This document shows, one piece after another, positions 13,915 to 28,407 of a stretch of 64,000 nt of DNA. The notes beneath the pieces are model-generated. The model did no database searches, was not told where the DNA came from, and saw only the letters and a program-made list of their open reading frames with translations. A program made the position numbers and the translations under genes. The DNA is from the human T2T-CHM13v2.0 reference genome, Homo sapiens, in the NCBI RefSeq assembly GCF_009914755.1, contig NC_060939.1, one strand, 5' to 3'. Every line of letters begins with the position of its first letter. Position 1 is the stretch's first letter.

Positions 13915-15650
13915 AAAGTTAGGTTTACTGAGGTATAATTTACATGCAGTAAAATCCACTCGTTTGAGATATATTGTTCTAGAGTTTTGATCAATATAAA
14001 CAGCTATGTAACCTCAACCACAACCAAGATATAAAATATTTCCATCTCACCAAAGTTTTCTCGTATTTCTTTGCAGTCAATTTCCTCCTCCTGTAACTGA
14101 CTCAAGTTCAACTGCTCACTGTTAGAAGTCAAAGTATGAGAAATGAGGTGTGACCAAAGGGAAACAGCTTTTATTCAAACGCTAGCAGATGGGGAATGTC
14201 CAGACTCGTGCTCTTAACAGACTATTTCAAACTTTAGGCCGTGGACAGGGGTTTAAAGAGGGGAACTTGGAATGGAAGGCATGCAGGAATGGTGCTGGGT
14301 ACGAGGTCTGTGTGTCTTGTTCCACTGGTTATCCTGAGTCATGGTCCACTTGGAGTGCAGGCTGGCATCATCTCAACAATGGTGAGGCTGTTGACTAACT
14401 GCTCTGAGGTAATCTCTAGAATTTCACACCTGGGTTTCCATGCCTGGTTTATCTCAAGATTAGCCCCTGCAACTTCTGGGCACATAATTAGATAAACTAC
14501 CAGTGCACAAGAGTGTCTGGTGGGAAGGCAGGGAAACAAAGAGTATTAAGGTATGTTTCAAGGCTAAAAGGAAGAAAAGGAAGAAAAAAAAGTCTCAAAA
14601 TGCATTTTGAACCTAAGCTGCTCAGTTACATCCTCCCAGCCCCGATCCCTGGCAACCACTGAACTGAATTCTTTTCTTATTGTTTTGTCTTTTTCAGAAT
14701 GTTATATAAGGAAATCATGTAGTATGAACCCTTTCGTTTTCTTCTTATTTAGCTCAATGCTTTGGAGATCCGTCTGTGCTGTTGTGTTTCATGCATTCTT
14801 TTTTTTTACTAAGTATTATATGATATACATGTACAAAGAGTCGTTTGTCCATTCTATAGTTGGTAGACATTTTGGTTGTTTCCAGTTTTTGGTAATTATG
14901 AATAAAACTGCTATAAACATTCAGGAGTAAATACTTAAAAATATAATTGCTGGGCCATATGATAGGTTTAAGTTTACTAATGTTATAAGAAACTACTAAA
15001 CTACTTCAAAAGTACAAATTTTACATTTCTACCAGCAATGTATAAAAGTTTCCATTACTCTGCATATTCACCAGGACTGGGTATCAGTAGTTTTGTGGGC
15101 TTTTAAAACATTTTATTAAATCTAGTAGTTGTCTATTTGTACCTCACTACAGTTTTAATTTGCATTTGTCTGGTGACCAGTGATGTTAAGCATCTTTTCA
15201 TGTGCTTATTTGTTTCACTCTTCGGTGATATGTCTGCTACATGTGTGTTATGTATTCTGGATACAAGAATCCTTTATGAGATATGTGCTTTTCAATTATT
15301 TTATTTTATTGTATGTTTGTCTTTTCATCCTTCACAATGTCTTTTAAATAATAGAAGTTTTGTGATAAAGCTCAGTTTAACAACATTTAAAATATTTGTT
15401 TGAGTCTTAACTAAGAAATAGTTTTCTAACCTAACACACAAAGCTTTTTGATTTTCTTCTAGAAATGTTATGGTTTTAGGTCTTAAATGTAGATCTGTGT
15501 TTCATTTTGAGTTAAATTTTTATATGATACCAAGTATAGGTCCAGGCTCATTTTTTCACATATGGTTGTCCAATTGTCTCGTATCATGTGTTTAAAAAGT
15601 GTACCCTTTCTCCATTGAATTATCTTGGCAATGTTTTCAGAAATCAATAG
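13915..15650 (-). mobile_element. Ancient L1M (L1MD/ME-like) 3' region, interrupted by an LTR
   Basis: tttactgaggtataatttacat... 3' end; ttccagtttttggtaattatgaataaaactgct; tgatgttaagcatcttttcatgtgc. Confidence 0.75.
14092..14630 (-). mobile_element. ERV-type solo LTR (family not assigned)
   Basis: inverted termini TGTAACTGA...TCAGTTACA; minus-strand AATAAA near 14170; flanked by tcctcc on both sides; interrupts an L1M. Confidence 0.8.
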
Positions 15651-15845
15651 ACTATATATATATAGACAGTCTCTCTCTCTATATATATAGACATATATAT
15701 ATAATATGTGGGTCAAAGCAATTACAAACAAGAAGAAATATCTTTTATATTTACCTTCATTTTTACTACTTCCAACACTATTCATTTTTTGGTGTGGATA
15801 CAAGTTTCTCTGCAATATAATCCTTCTGCCTGAAGAACATCCTTT

Positions 15846-16138
15846 TTTTCAGACTTCTCAAAAGAAGAATTATTTATTTCTTTTCGTGTGTGTGTGTGTG
15901 TTTTATTTCCATAGGTTTTTGGGGAACAGGTGGTATTTGGTTACATGAGTAAGTTCTTCAGTGGTGATTTGCGAGATTTTGGTGCGCCCATCACCCGAGC
16001 AGCATACACTGAACCCAATTTGTAGTCTTTTATCCTTGACCCCCTTACCACCCTTTCCCCGAGTCCCCAAAGTCCATGTGTCATTATTGTGGCTTCACAT
16101 CCTCATAGCTTAGCTCCCACTTAGGAGAACATACGACG
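15846..16138 (-). mobile_element. 5'-truncated L1PB 3' end with extra 3' sequence
   Basis: ttggggaacaggtggtatttggttacatgagtaagttc is an L1PB 3' UTR; 15-bp TSD TGAAGAACATCCTTT at 15831-15845 and 16139-16153. Confidence 0.85.
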
Positions 16139-17265
16139 TGAAGAACATCCTTTAATCTTTCTGGTAGCACAGGTCTGCTTGCAACAAATTCTCAGCTTTT
16201 GTTTGCCTTGGCTGAGCTGGGTTTGGGTTTTGTTGTTGGTAGAGCTGTCTTTAGTGCAACACAAACTTCAGATTCCTCTACAGGTGTGCTACTAAGGTCT
16301 TGTGCTTAGGGGAGAGGCACAGGACCTGTGTCTCAGTAGTGGGACTTCCTCATTATTCTTTTCCTTCCTCTCATGGCCACCAGCTCTGCCTTATCTTTGT
16401 GATTGGTCTAGGGACACAGTTTCCTACCCCCTTCCAGGACTTCCTCTCATAATCTGCTTGATATCAATGAAGCCTCCTTTGCCCAAGAAATTCCCTGTCC
16501 TTCCTACAGTGGCAAAGAGTTTTTTCCTTTACCCTTCCTCCCTTACCATTCCAGCAGCAATGGATCTTTGCCTTTGTTCTGGTATTGGGATAGTTTCCTA
16601 TCTGTTACCAAGAAGCAAACAAGCTTTTCTTCTGGCCCTCCCCTAAAAACAATAATTCTTTGCCTGTGTCCAGGGACAAAAGAGTTTGATGATCCTCCCC
16701 AATGTTTTAAGACTTTTGATTTGTAGGAGAGAAGGGGTTAGAAAATTGCACTTTATGCCTGTCGCCAAGAATCTACTAATCACATGAACATTTGAACCAC
16801 TGCTGTGGGTGGTGGGTGAGGGGGATTTCTTCAGTCTTCTCTCCTGCCCCCAGTCATTTTCTTGAGCATCCAGTGAAGGCCTACAAGGGAGTGCAAACTC
16901 ACTTGGTGTCTGAGGCCCCCACCTATGACAAACTGACACACTAACCCATATATGGCCTTTAAAAAAATTTAGTTGATTTCTTCTTTCCCATTGATATGAT
17001 GGCCACCTTTCTCTTCCACTTTGCTAAATGTGAAATCGTTAATGTGCTTTCTCTCCTTGGAGAATCTTGTTTCTCTTTGCTATTCAGATTACTTGATTGC
17101 CTTTAAAATTAGCTCTATGATGGTTTTAGAAAAAGTCATGGTTTTGTGGATTATCCAGCTTTTTCTCATGGTTAGAGTGGAAATGAGGTTCTTTGCAGTT
17201 TTCTATATCCTAAACCTACCCCTGTGGTTTTGATGTGTAGTATTTAAGTTGTCTTTAAGGTATAA

Positions 17266-17586
<321 letters not shown>

Positions 17587-17909
17587 TAGTTTTTTTTCAT
17601 TATCTTTTGGTCAGACAACATAGTCTGCATACTACCTAGTCAATAGTATTCTGTTATAGCAGCCTAAGTGGACAAAAATATATATTAAAAATAATTTTAA
17701 AAAATTTGATGCTTGGACTATCATTTTCTGAAAGAAATTTGTTTTAAAATCTTAAGCAATTGCTGCTTATTTCTCCCTATAATTCTCTGTGATTGTATCT
17801 TCTGCTTTATATATGTTGAGGCTCTTTTGCAATCATACATGTCCATGATTATTTTATCATTTTGGTGGGGTTTTAAAAATATTTATAAAATGTTTTCTTG
17901 GGTGAAAAT

Positions 17910-19372
<1,463 letters not shown>

Positions 19373-20183
19373 TGATTAGTATTTTTCTTTTTCCTATTAT
19401 TTTCCTATTACAGGTGTGAGCCACTGCACCTAGCCCCTTCATTTCTTAATTGCACTTACCCTTTTACTGTCTGTATCATTAGAATAAAAACCTCATGAAT
19501 AGTGATTTTTGTCTGTTTGATTTACTGCTATAGTTCTAGCATCCAGAAGAGCGCCTGAACATATTAAGACAGTAAAATATTGAATGGATTAATGTCTACT
19601 TATTTGGGTTTCATCATTTCTATTTTATTGTTTAGCTTACTTTTCAAAGTCCTAAGCAAACTTATTTAAAGTTTCAGTTTATTCCATTATTTTCATCTTG
19701 AGTGGACTGAAATTTCAAAAGGTATTGATTTGCTGGTTTTCCTGTCTTCAGATCTCATGTGTTCAGAAATTTTGATTCGCAGTGTCTTTTTTGTTCCCTT
19801 CATTTATCTTTCTTTCCTCTGGGTTCATCCTTTTCTTTCTAGCAATTTTGGGTTGCCTCCAACTTGTGTCTTAGGGACCCCAATTCAGCGAGGTGTTACA
19901 TGCTAATTCACTGCTTCAATTCTTTCTTCATATTGTAAACCAGTTACCAACTCTGTACATTTTAAAAACTGCGTATTTCTACCCCCTTAGCCCTGCATCT
20001 TCCTATAAATTAGAGCCCCAGGTATCAGTTGAAGGTAGGTTTCAGTTTTTAGCTTCCTTTCACAAGTGGTACAGCAGCGGAGAGAAATCCCAGCTCAGCA
20101 CCGGCTTAAAGCAGTGCTATGCTTGCCTCCATTTTCATTCCTGATATTTCTGCCTACCATTAAAAAAAAAAAAAATCAGTTTT

Positions 20184-20492
<309 letters not shown>

Positions 20493-20513
20493 TCAGTCTT
20501 GTCAGAGGCTCAG

Positions 20514-20805
20514 TTTTTTTTTTTTTTTAGACAAGGTCTTGTTCTCTTGCTCAGACTGAAGTGCAGCGGCATATCAAGGCCCACTATAGCCTCAACTCCT
20601 GGGCTCAAGCAATACTCCCACCTCAGCCTCCTGAGCAGCTGAGACCACAGGTGTGCACCACCACACTTAGCTAATTAAAAAAATTTTTTGTAGACAGAGT
20701 CTCCTTATGTTGCCCAGGTTGATCTTGAACTCCTGGGCTTAAGTGATCCTCCCACCTTGGCCTCCCAAAGTGTGGAATTACAGGCATGAGCCACCGCTCT
20801 GGGCC
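20514..20805 (-). mobile_element. AluJ-like
   Basis: dimeric antisense Alu with ctcctgggctcaagc. Confidence 0.9.
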
Positions 20806-21511
20806 TCATCTTTATTGTTTAAATAACCTATTTATGGTCTTCTTATTCCTTCTAGTGTTTCCCTATTTTATTTCTTATTATTTCCTTCCTTCTACTTTCA
20901 AGTTTTTTGTTGTTGTTGTTTTCTTAGTCTCTTGAGATCAACTTAGCTCATCATACTTTGGACTTAAAAATAATCTAAAGCTATATATTTCCCTTTTAGC
21001 ACTGTTATTGCATCTCATGTTTTAAGATGTTTAGACCTCATTACCTTGTCAGATTAGAATTTCCTACTGCAAGTTTCTGCTTGAGAACTCAGAGTCAGGC
21101 AGGCTACTGCTTCACCATGGCTCATGCTTTCTTTCTGTACAATATTACTTGTCCTTGGATTTAGCATGGTTTTGAGTTCAATTTTATCTTTTCATATTTA
21201 TCACTGCTATATGTTTAAAACAGAGGGAGTAACTTAGAGCATCAATGTTATTTGATAAGAATTCTCTCTCTATATATCTTCTCTCTCCTTCAGCGAGATA
21301 CACATATTTTTATTTTTTCCTATTAAATTTGAAATGTCACGCATTCAAATTTTATCTTGAGATTTCATCTTATCACTTCTTACCTATAATGTCAAGCTTT
21401 CATCAGTTGACACATTATTTTATTCAGCCTCTTTTTATGTAACAGACTCAAGGCAACTGATGATTGTTTCAAGGAAACTAGAGGTCTTATCATTCAAGAA
21501 AGTTTGTTCTT

Positions 21512-21702
21512 TTTTTCTTTTCTTTTTTTTTTTTTTTTTTGAGACAGAGTCTCGTGAGTCTCGCTCCGTCGCCCAGGCTGGAGTGCAGCGGCACAATCTC
21601 AGCTCACTGTCACTGCAACCTCTGCTTCCTGGATTCAAGTGATTCCCGTGCCGCAGCCTCCCGAGTAGCTGGAATTACAGGCGTGAGTCACTGCACCCAG
21701 CC
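21512..21702 (-). mobile_element. Monomer-length Alu with TSD
   Basis: right-arm sequence joined directly to the Alu 5' end; aagtttgttctt at 21500-21511 and 21705-21716. Confidence 0.85.
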
Positions 21703-22096
21703 ACAAGTTTGTTCTTAATATTTGCTACAGTGGTGTCTCTGCCCCAGGGGTCATTAAGCTGCTGAAGTTGTAAAACTCTTCTCCAAATAATTTTTACTAA
21801 CAGAACTGAAGTCACAAACTGTTAAAATCAAAGTAAATATGTCATGCTCACAATTTCTTAAGGAAATCCAGGACTCAGTTTTCTGAATAGACTTCACAGA
21901 AAAAATATGTATACAGCAAGGCCTGACTAAAAATACTGGTTCTCTCCTTAGTATAAAATTACACTGATAAATTGTAGGCTATTCCCTGCTTGATGTTATA
22001 CTGGACATCTCCCACCCAAAGCCAAGATTCTCACACCTACTTGTCCTGATGAAAGTCAAACGCTTTAAAAAGTTATTTTTCTCTTTAAAAACTAGC

Positions 22097-22102
22097 TTTA
22101 TT
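22097..22102 (-). terminator. PYGO1: Candidate distal polyadenylation signal of PYGO1 (AATAAA)
   Basis: tttatt on +; lies near the far edge of the long, repeat-poor AT-rich block that follows the stop codon; use is inferred. Confidence 0.6.
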
Positions 22103-25100
22103 TAAAAGAATCTGAACCATAATAACACTATAGGAAACAAACTTACAATACATATTATTCAAGAAAGCCTGCCATACATCATTTCTACTAATGGTAGGTC
22201 TATATACTGATAAACAACATTCCTTATACAACGCACAAATAACATTAAGCATTATCCCTGAAAAGAATGGCCAACAATAACATGGACTGTCTTGACAGCA
22301 GAACGTCTACTTGTCTTCTTACTTATCTATAGAATAAAAAAACTAAAATGTAGATGACAAATTAAACTCTTCCAATTTTAAATTCTAGCATGGTTTTTGG
22401 GGAAGAAGGGAATGGGATCAGAAGACGCAAATTGTGTTAAATATCTCAAAAAGAAAAAGGAGAATTGGCTTACCATTATTTAAGTAGTTACTATGAAGTA
22501 ATTCAGAATTGAGAATGTATTTAACACTTGGAAGCCCTTAAAGAGTCAAACTTTCCATTATCTACTATATTCAATCAGTTATCAAGCCAATTTCATTTGT
22601 CTGAGAATTGTAACCTGGTCATTAACCAAAAAAAAAAATAAACAATTTGGGGTAATCTAGTCATTTCATACTTTATTTAAATTTTTCCACAAAGCAGTTC
22701 ATGAATTAATAATACTTCTTTAGACGTCTATGATCTAAATAGAAACAGACTCAGTTCTAAAAGAATGTATGTGAAAATAGCAGACAAAAATAAATCCCTA
22801 ACATGTAATACTAAATTTTTAACATAAAATATAGAACTATGAAAATTTTGGGCATTCAAGTCAAATATAATAGGATTATGATACAGTATGGTATCTAGCG
22901 TTTTAAAAAATATTAAGTCTGAATCAGATTTATTGCTATATCAATCCTATCAATAGTCCACAATCAAAAGTACAAAATATACCATAACCATGCCGAATAT
23001 GATGCAGTATAGAGATATCATTAACATAACATAGGTAGACATTTTGTAATATACATCACTGACATAGTAAAACCTTATTAAGGATAATTTAAACTGATAT
23101 GTCTAAAATTTGAATTTTTAAAAAGATATGCAGTTTAAGCACTCACAAGCCTTCATTTTTTTCTTTCAAGTGTATGATTTCAAATGTACAAATTTGCATT
23201 GGCCAAGTATTACTTATTACAATTCTTTTGGGTACTTGTCTTAATGACAAAATAAGAATGCTTTTAAATTACTATTCTTAAGTAAACACCTCTAAATAAA
23301 AAGCTTAAAAATTTGCCTTCAAGATGAAACATTTTTCTTTAAAATCGTGATTATAACCTTTATTACCAAATCCTTTCATTAGGTAGTACCAAGTAAACAG
23401 CATTCAAGTCCTTGAATCAATGGTTAAAAATTCCAGGTAAATTAGAGGAGTCTTACGGTATCTTAATCATGTCTAAATAAATGAAGATAAATATTACAGT
23501 ACTACTTATTTTGGTTATGATGAAGTGAATGATGTCTTTTTTGGTTGGGAAATATCAGCGCAAGTTAAAAGTTACTATATAATTTTAGTAGTATGTGCTA
23601 AAAAATCCTAATATGCACTGCCATTTAAGGTAATTATTTAGTAAAGTATACCTGTAAGTGGAAAATAAAAATTTTAAGATTTATTGTATTACAAGTGTCA
23701 TGAGTTGGTAACACTAAAATTTACTCCTCTCCCATTTGAAAGACATCAGGCCATCTATTAATCCATAAATATTGATGTTTCACATACTTCATAGAGTAGC
23801 TTAAAACATACCAGCATAAGAAATAATTAGTATTACATAGTAATTTCCTTTGCCATAGGAATAAATGTTGGACAAAGTCTGGAAACATTTTTTTTTCCAA
23901 TTTGAATTACAGTAATTTTGCCACAGACCACAGCACTAGTGCATGTGTTACTTTAGACATGTTCTAAGAACAAAACAAAAAGTTACTGCAAAAATACATG
24001 TCACCAATGTGGAACACACTCAGATTTGTATAAAAGTACTGAACTAATATCCCAAAAAGAGGTATATGTAAACAGTACATAAGGAAGAAATAGTTTTAAT
24101 ATGAAACAATCATTTAAGTCACATACATCATGATAAGAAGCAGGACTTTCTTTTATAAAAGATAATATTTTGACAAACAAGCAACATCATCTACACATCT
24201 ACAGAACAAGAAAGGTACAGGTATTTAGAATAAGTTTTAATATAATTGCAAGTAATGTATTATTGACAAAATATGACAAAGATGCTTATCCACTGAGTTT
24301 CATCAAAAGTTTTAAATTAAATACAGGCAGCTCTGATGTATTAACGCCTGGCATATACATGGCCACAGTCTTTCCTTCATTTCCCCTATACCACTTGTCT
24401 TGGGAGATGTTAATGCTATCCCTAGCCTCTTTGCTCCAGGGGTGCTTCCAAATTCCCATCACTGTACCATAAGTTGGAAGATGCAGATGTGACTTTTATA
24501 ATGCTCTACTGGATAGAACAATAAGCTACTAAAAATTAGAAATGAGAAGAAAATCTCTAAGTTCAGAATTAGAGGAGAGGAAGCTGTGAAAAGTCACAAC
24601 AGCCTAAAGGAAACTGGAAGTACCCTCAGACAGTACCAGCTAATTCACTAAATGTACTGCTTCCCATGGTATCTGAAATGCGGTCATATTGTCTGAAATG
24701 TTAGATATTAAAGATTCATTCTTAATAAACATACTTTTTTAAAAAAGAAATTTAATGACACTTTTCCCACTATCTTCATTCATACCTTAGTAGAAAATGC
24801 TTTTCTCTTAAAGTCTAGCCAACTACTACTGCCACACAAAGACACAGGATTTCTGATGGGAGGAAAGATATAAAATGTTGAAGCACAGAGCACCCAGGAG
24901 AGGAAAAGCCAAGGCTGCTTATACATTTCACCAGAGTTTAGCATGGTAAGGGGGCAAATGCAAAGAAACCCACACCAAAGAACTTAACCTCCTAATCACA
25001 TCAGGAAAAAGACAAGACCTCTGCTTCTTTCTCCCTCCTACACTGATTGATTGGTTTCCTAAAGAAAACTGAGAGTTCAGCATGATACTATTAACTAGAT

Positions 25101-25827
25101 TATGGTCTAAATGAGCCTTTAGGAGCTTCCCTATTGTGTAGAGTTCCAAGCCACTATTTACAAATGAACTTAGGGAGCCTGATGCCTTTAAATTTTTTTT
25201 TAATTGAAAAAGATATAAAACAGCACAAATGTCCATGCATAAGAAACCTCTATACACGGCAGAAAGAAATCCAAAACTCTTGAGAACTCCCTTTTAAAAA
25301 ATCATTGCTTATATATTTTCTTACTATTAAATACAATTACTATAGTACATTGAACAATAAGTGCTAAAACTCTAATTTGTTCGAGACAAACAAGTTTGAA
25401 AGAATATTGAATGAAGACTCTTGATACTTATTTGGATTAAAGTTGGCAGATTTTATGATGACCCACACTATTAAGAGGTTTTTCTGCCACTAGGCAGAGT
25501 TGGGAGTCTAAAACAAACCACCAAAAAACTAGATTTCTTTACACTGTGTTTATGAAGAATAAGCACTAGTACAAGAAAATCTTTAGTTTTATGTATATAA
25601 CCTTCTAATTTGAATAACAATTATAGCAGTACTCTAAAGTATTTCACACAAAAGGAAAACACTGATCACAAATCTAATTCTAAGCACTCTGTCTGAAGAA
25701 CAATTTATCTTTCACAAGCTGAGCTGTTTCAGTATTAGTGAATCGAGTAACACCTAGAAGCATGTGGACCACAAATTCTCTAGTGCATGAGCAAGTCAAG
25801 TTCTGAGAAAGGAACTGATGCTTTTTA

Positions 25828-26173
<346 letters not shown>

Positions 26174-26265
26174 TCAATAACCTAGCTTTGGTGAGTAAAC
26201 CTAGATGCTCATAGTTAGCCAGGTTGAATTTAAGCAAAACTCAAGGATGTTGGAGAAACTGTGGG

Positions 26266-26291
26266 GTGTGTGTGTGTGTGTGTGTGTGTGT
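26266..26291. repeat. (GT)n microsatellite
   Basis: visible dinucleotide run. Confidence 0.95.
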
Positions 26292-27417
26292 AAGATGAGG
26301 ACTTTCAGTGAAGGAAAGGGATTATACCAAAAAAGGTACAATTCCACCTGTGTTTTTTTCCATCACTGCATATTTTTAAAGTTGAAGGCAGCTTATCATT
26401 TATCCTAAGAAGCCATTTCAGTTTGTATAATAGCCTTCTTCAGACAAATTATCATCTGGCTATTCTTACAGTTCATCACTTATTCCATCCAAAAGCATCT
26501 ATATAACTTTTGACTTAGCATTATGTAGAGACAAATGTAGAACTAGCAGGAAAATTAATTCAAACACATGAACGCTATTCATCAGCTATGATTACAGTTT
26601 GGCTATGATTCACTATCAGAATGAACCGTGAGTTTTTCTTTTGAATATTTACAGATTCTTATTTAAGTAAGGTGCTTTGAAGACCTAAACACCTGAATAA
26701 AAATTCACCTGTTTGTAGGTTTTTAAAAACAACTATGTGGAAATAGAAAATGAATTATATTGCATAACACATACCTTTAGACTAGCTTGGGAGAAGTTAT
26801 TTCATTTTCACAAAAACAGCTAACTACTGAAACTTAAAGAGATAAAGGGTTTAAGAAACTGCATAATTGATTTTAGTAATGATCACAACTCAAGTACTAC
26901 CATGTAAAGTGTTAACTCCTGAGAACACTGGAAAGTTCTACTCAAAATATCTATCATCTAGCTCTATTCAGGGTAATAATAAATCATGATCTGATGCTAC
27001 AACTAGGCATACAGCATACAGTGCATCATTTATTAAAAATCAGCACTCATTAAACTTTCAGGAGCAACATAACTAGGTCCTTAAACATTTAGAGAAATAT
27101 GTATAACAAAAAATCCAAGTAAAATGAGATCTTCAAGTACACTACTGAACACCATCAAATGCCTGTCAGCCCAAAATACTGCATTTTAACCTGCTTCAAC
27201 TGGTAAAGTTTTCACACAAAGGAGTACCTAGAAGTATAGTTTATATCATTTTGTTTCCTAAAATTGTAAAGATAAATATTTTACAACTACTGAAAATATT
27301 TTGTACTCACCTCTAACTAGTCAAGGGTAAATGGAGAAAACCTTGTATTACCTTGTACCATATGAAATTGCTGTTTTTGTAGGTCAAAATTAAAACAATG
27401 TATTTAAAAAAATAAGT

Positions 27418-27423
27418 TTTATT
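27418..27423 (-). terminator. AATAAA overlapping the transposase stop codon (TGAATAAA); candidate alternative PAS for PYGO1
   Basis: minus strand reads ttt gat TGAATAAAac followed by U-rich sequence. Confidence 0.45.
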
Positions 27424-28407
27424 CAATCAAAATATGCATCAGGAGCATGAATAGTTTTCTTCCAACAGAATATTAAAGGTCTAACTTTTATAAAATTCAT
27501 CATTTGTTAGGCTGTATAAATTGTTAACATCTTCCAGTTACTTCATCTCGATTGGGGAATGCATTGTTTCTTAGAAAAAGCTCCAAATGATAGACAGTAG
27601 TCCATGGAATAAAGGTCCAGTGACTAAAATGGACATGACAAAATTTCATAGCCCAAGTCACTTAACTTTGCTTTAGTAGCTTGTGACATGTGAGGTCGAG
27701 TCCTTGTCTGTGAAAGTGTAGGTTCTTGTGTGTTACCCAAAGGACATTGTTTTTAAATCACATTTTCATGCATAATTTAAATTTCTTGATAATATGCTGC
27801 TGCCGTCATTGTTTCACTTGGGTTTAAATAACAGTAATTATTTATCTCTTTCGTAGATCACCACACAATCTTCAGAATTTTTTTGGTTGCAGTGATAATG
27901 GTGGCAACATATTAGGGAGCTTTACCAGCCTCCAATGATTGTATAAATTGCCATTAGTTGTCAAACAGCACACATTTTTTTTTTTTGGCCACAGGTTATA
28001 ATCTGCTCCAAAAATGGATTTCTGCTGTTTTGAATCTTAATGAGCACACCTCCAACTGTCTCCATTCTTGATCATCCCTCGAGAGGGTACTCTCAGGTCC
28101 ATTTTTATACTTTTCCCCAGTCAGAGCGGGAATTCCTTAAGTCTGCTGCAAGGCTTCAAATTGTTGTTTGCAAGTTAGATTTCACTTTGGCTCTTAATTG
28201 ATCTTTGTTTAAAATGGATTTTGATCTCCCCTAGGGTTCATTTTTGAAATTCAGATCCCCAGAACAAGATTTTTCAAACCACCACTGAGTAGTTCTTTTA
28301 CTAGCAGAGCCCTCTAAGGCCAAATGGATGTTTCTACCTTCCTCATCTGCAATATGTCCCAGTTCAAAATTATAAAAAAGTATTCACAATTCTTCTGTGG
28401 ATACTAT
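27423..28407 (-). pseudogene. Mariner transposase relic (multiple stops and frameshifts)
   Basis: manual translation: FYNFELGH..RTTQWWFEK..DQLRAKV..PFLEQIITCG..LNPSETMT..RPHMSQ..LGYEILSCPF*SLDL..WKKTIHAPDAYFD*, colinear with the Hsmar1/SETMAR transposase motifs RTVQWWFKK, DQLRAII, PFLDRIVTCD, LNPGETIT, RPHVAQ, LGYEVLPHPPYSPDL, GSYFD. Confidence 0.9.

Noticed and set aside
24170-25257. 100-109 aa ORFs in unique UTR sequence
   Set aside because: No recognisable domain, AT-rich composition, non-ATG starts; expected by chance.
28074-28090. Short palindrome ccctcgagaggg where the mariner WVPHEL motif is degraded
   Set aside because: Stem of only 5 bp; not distinguishable from chance.
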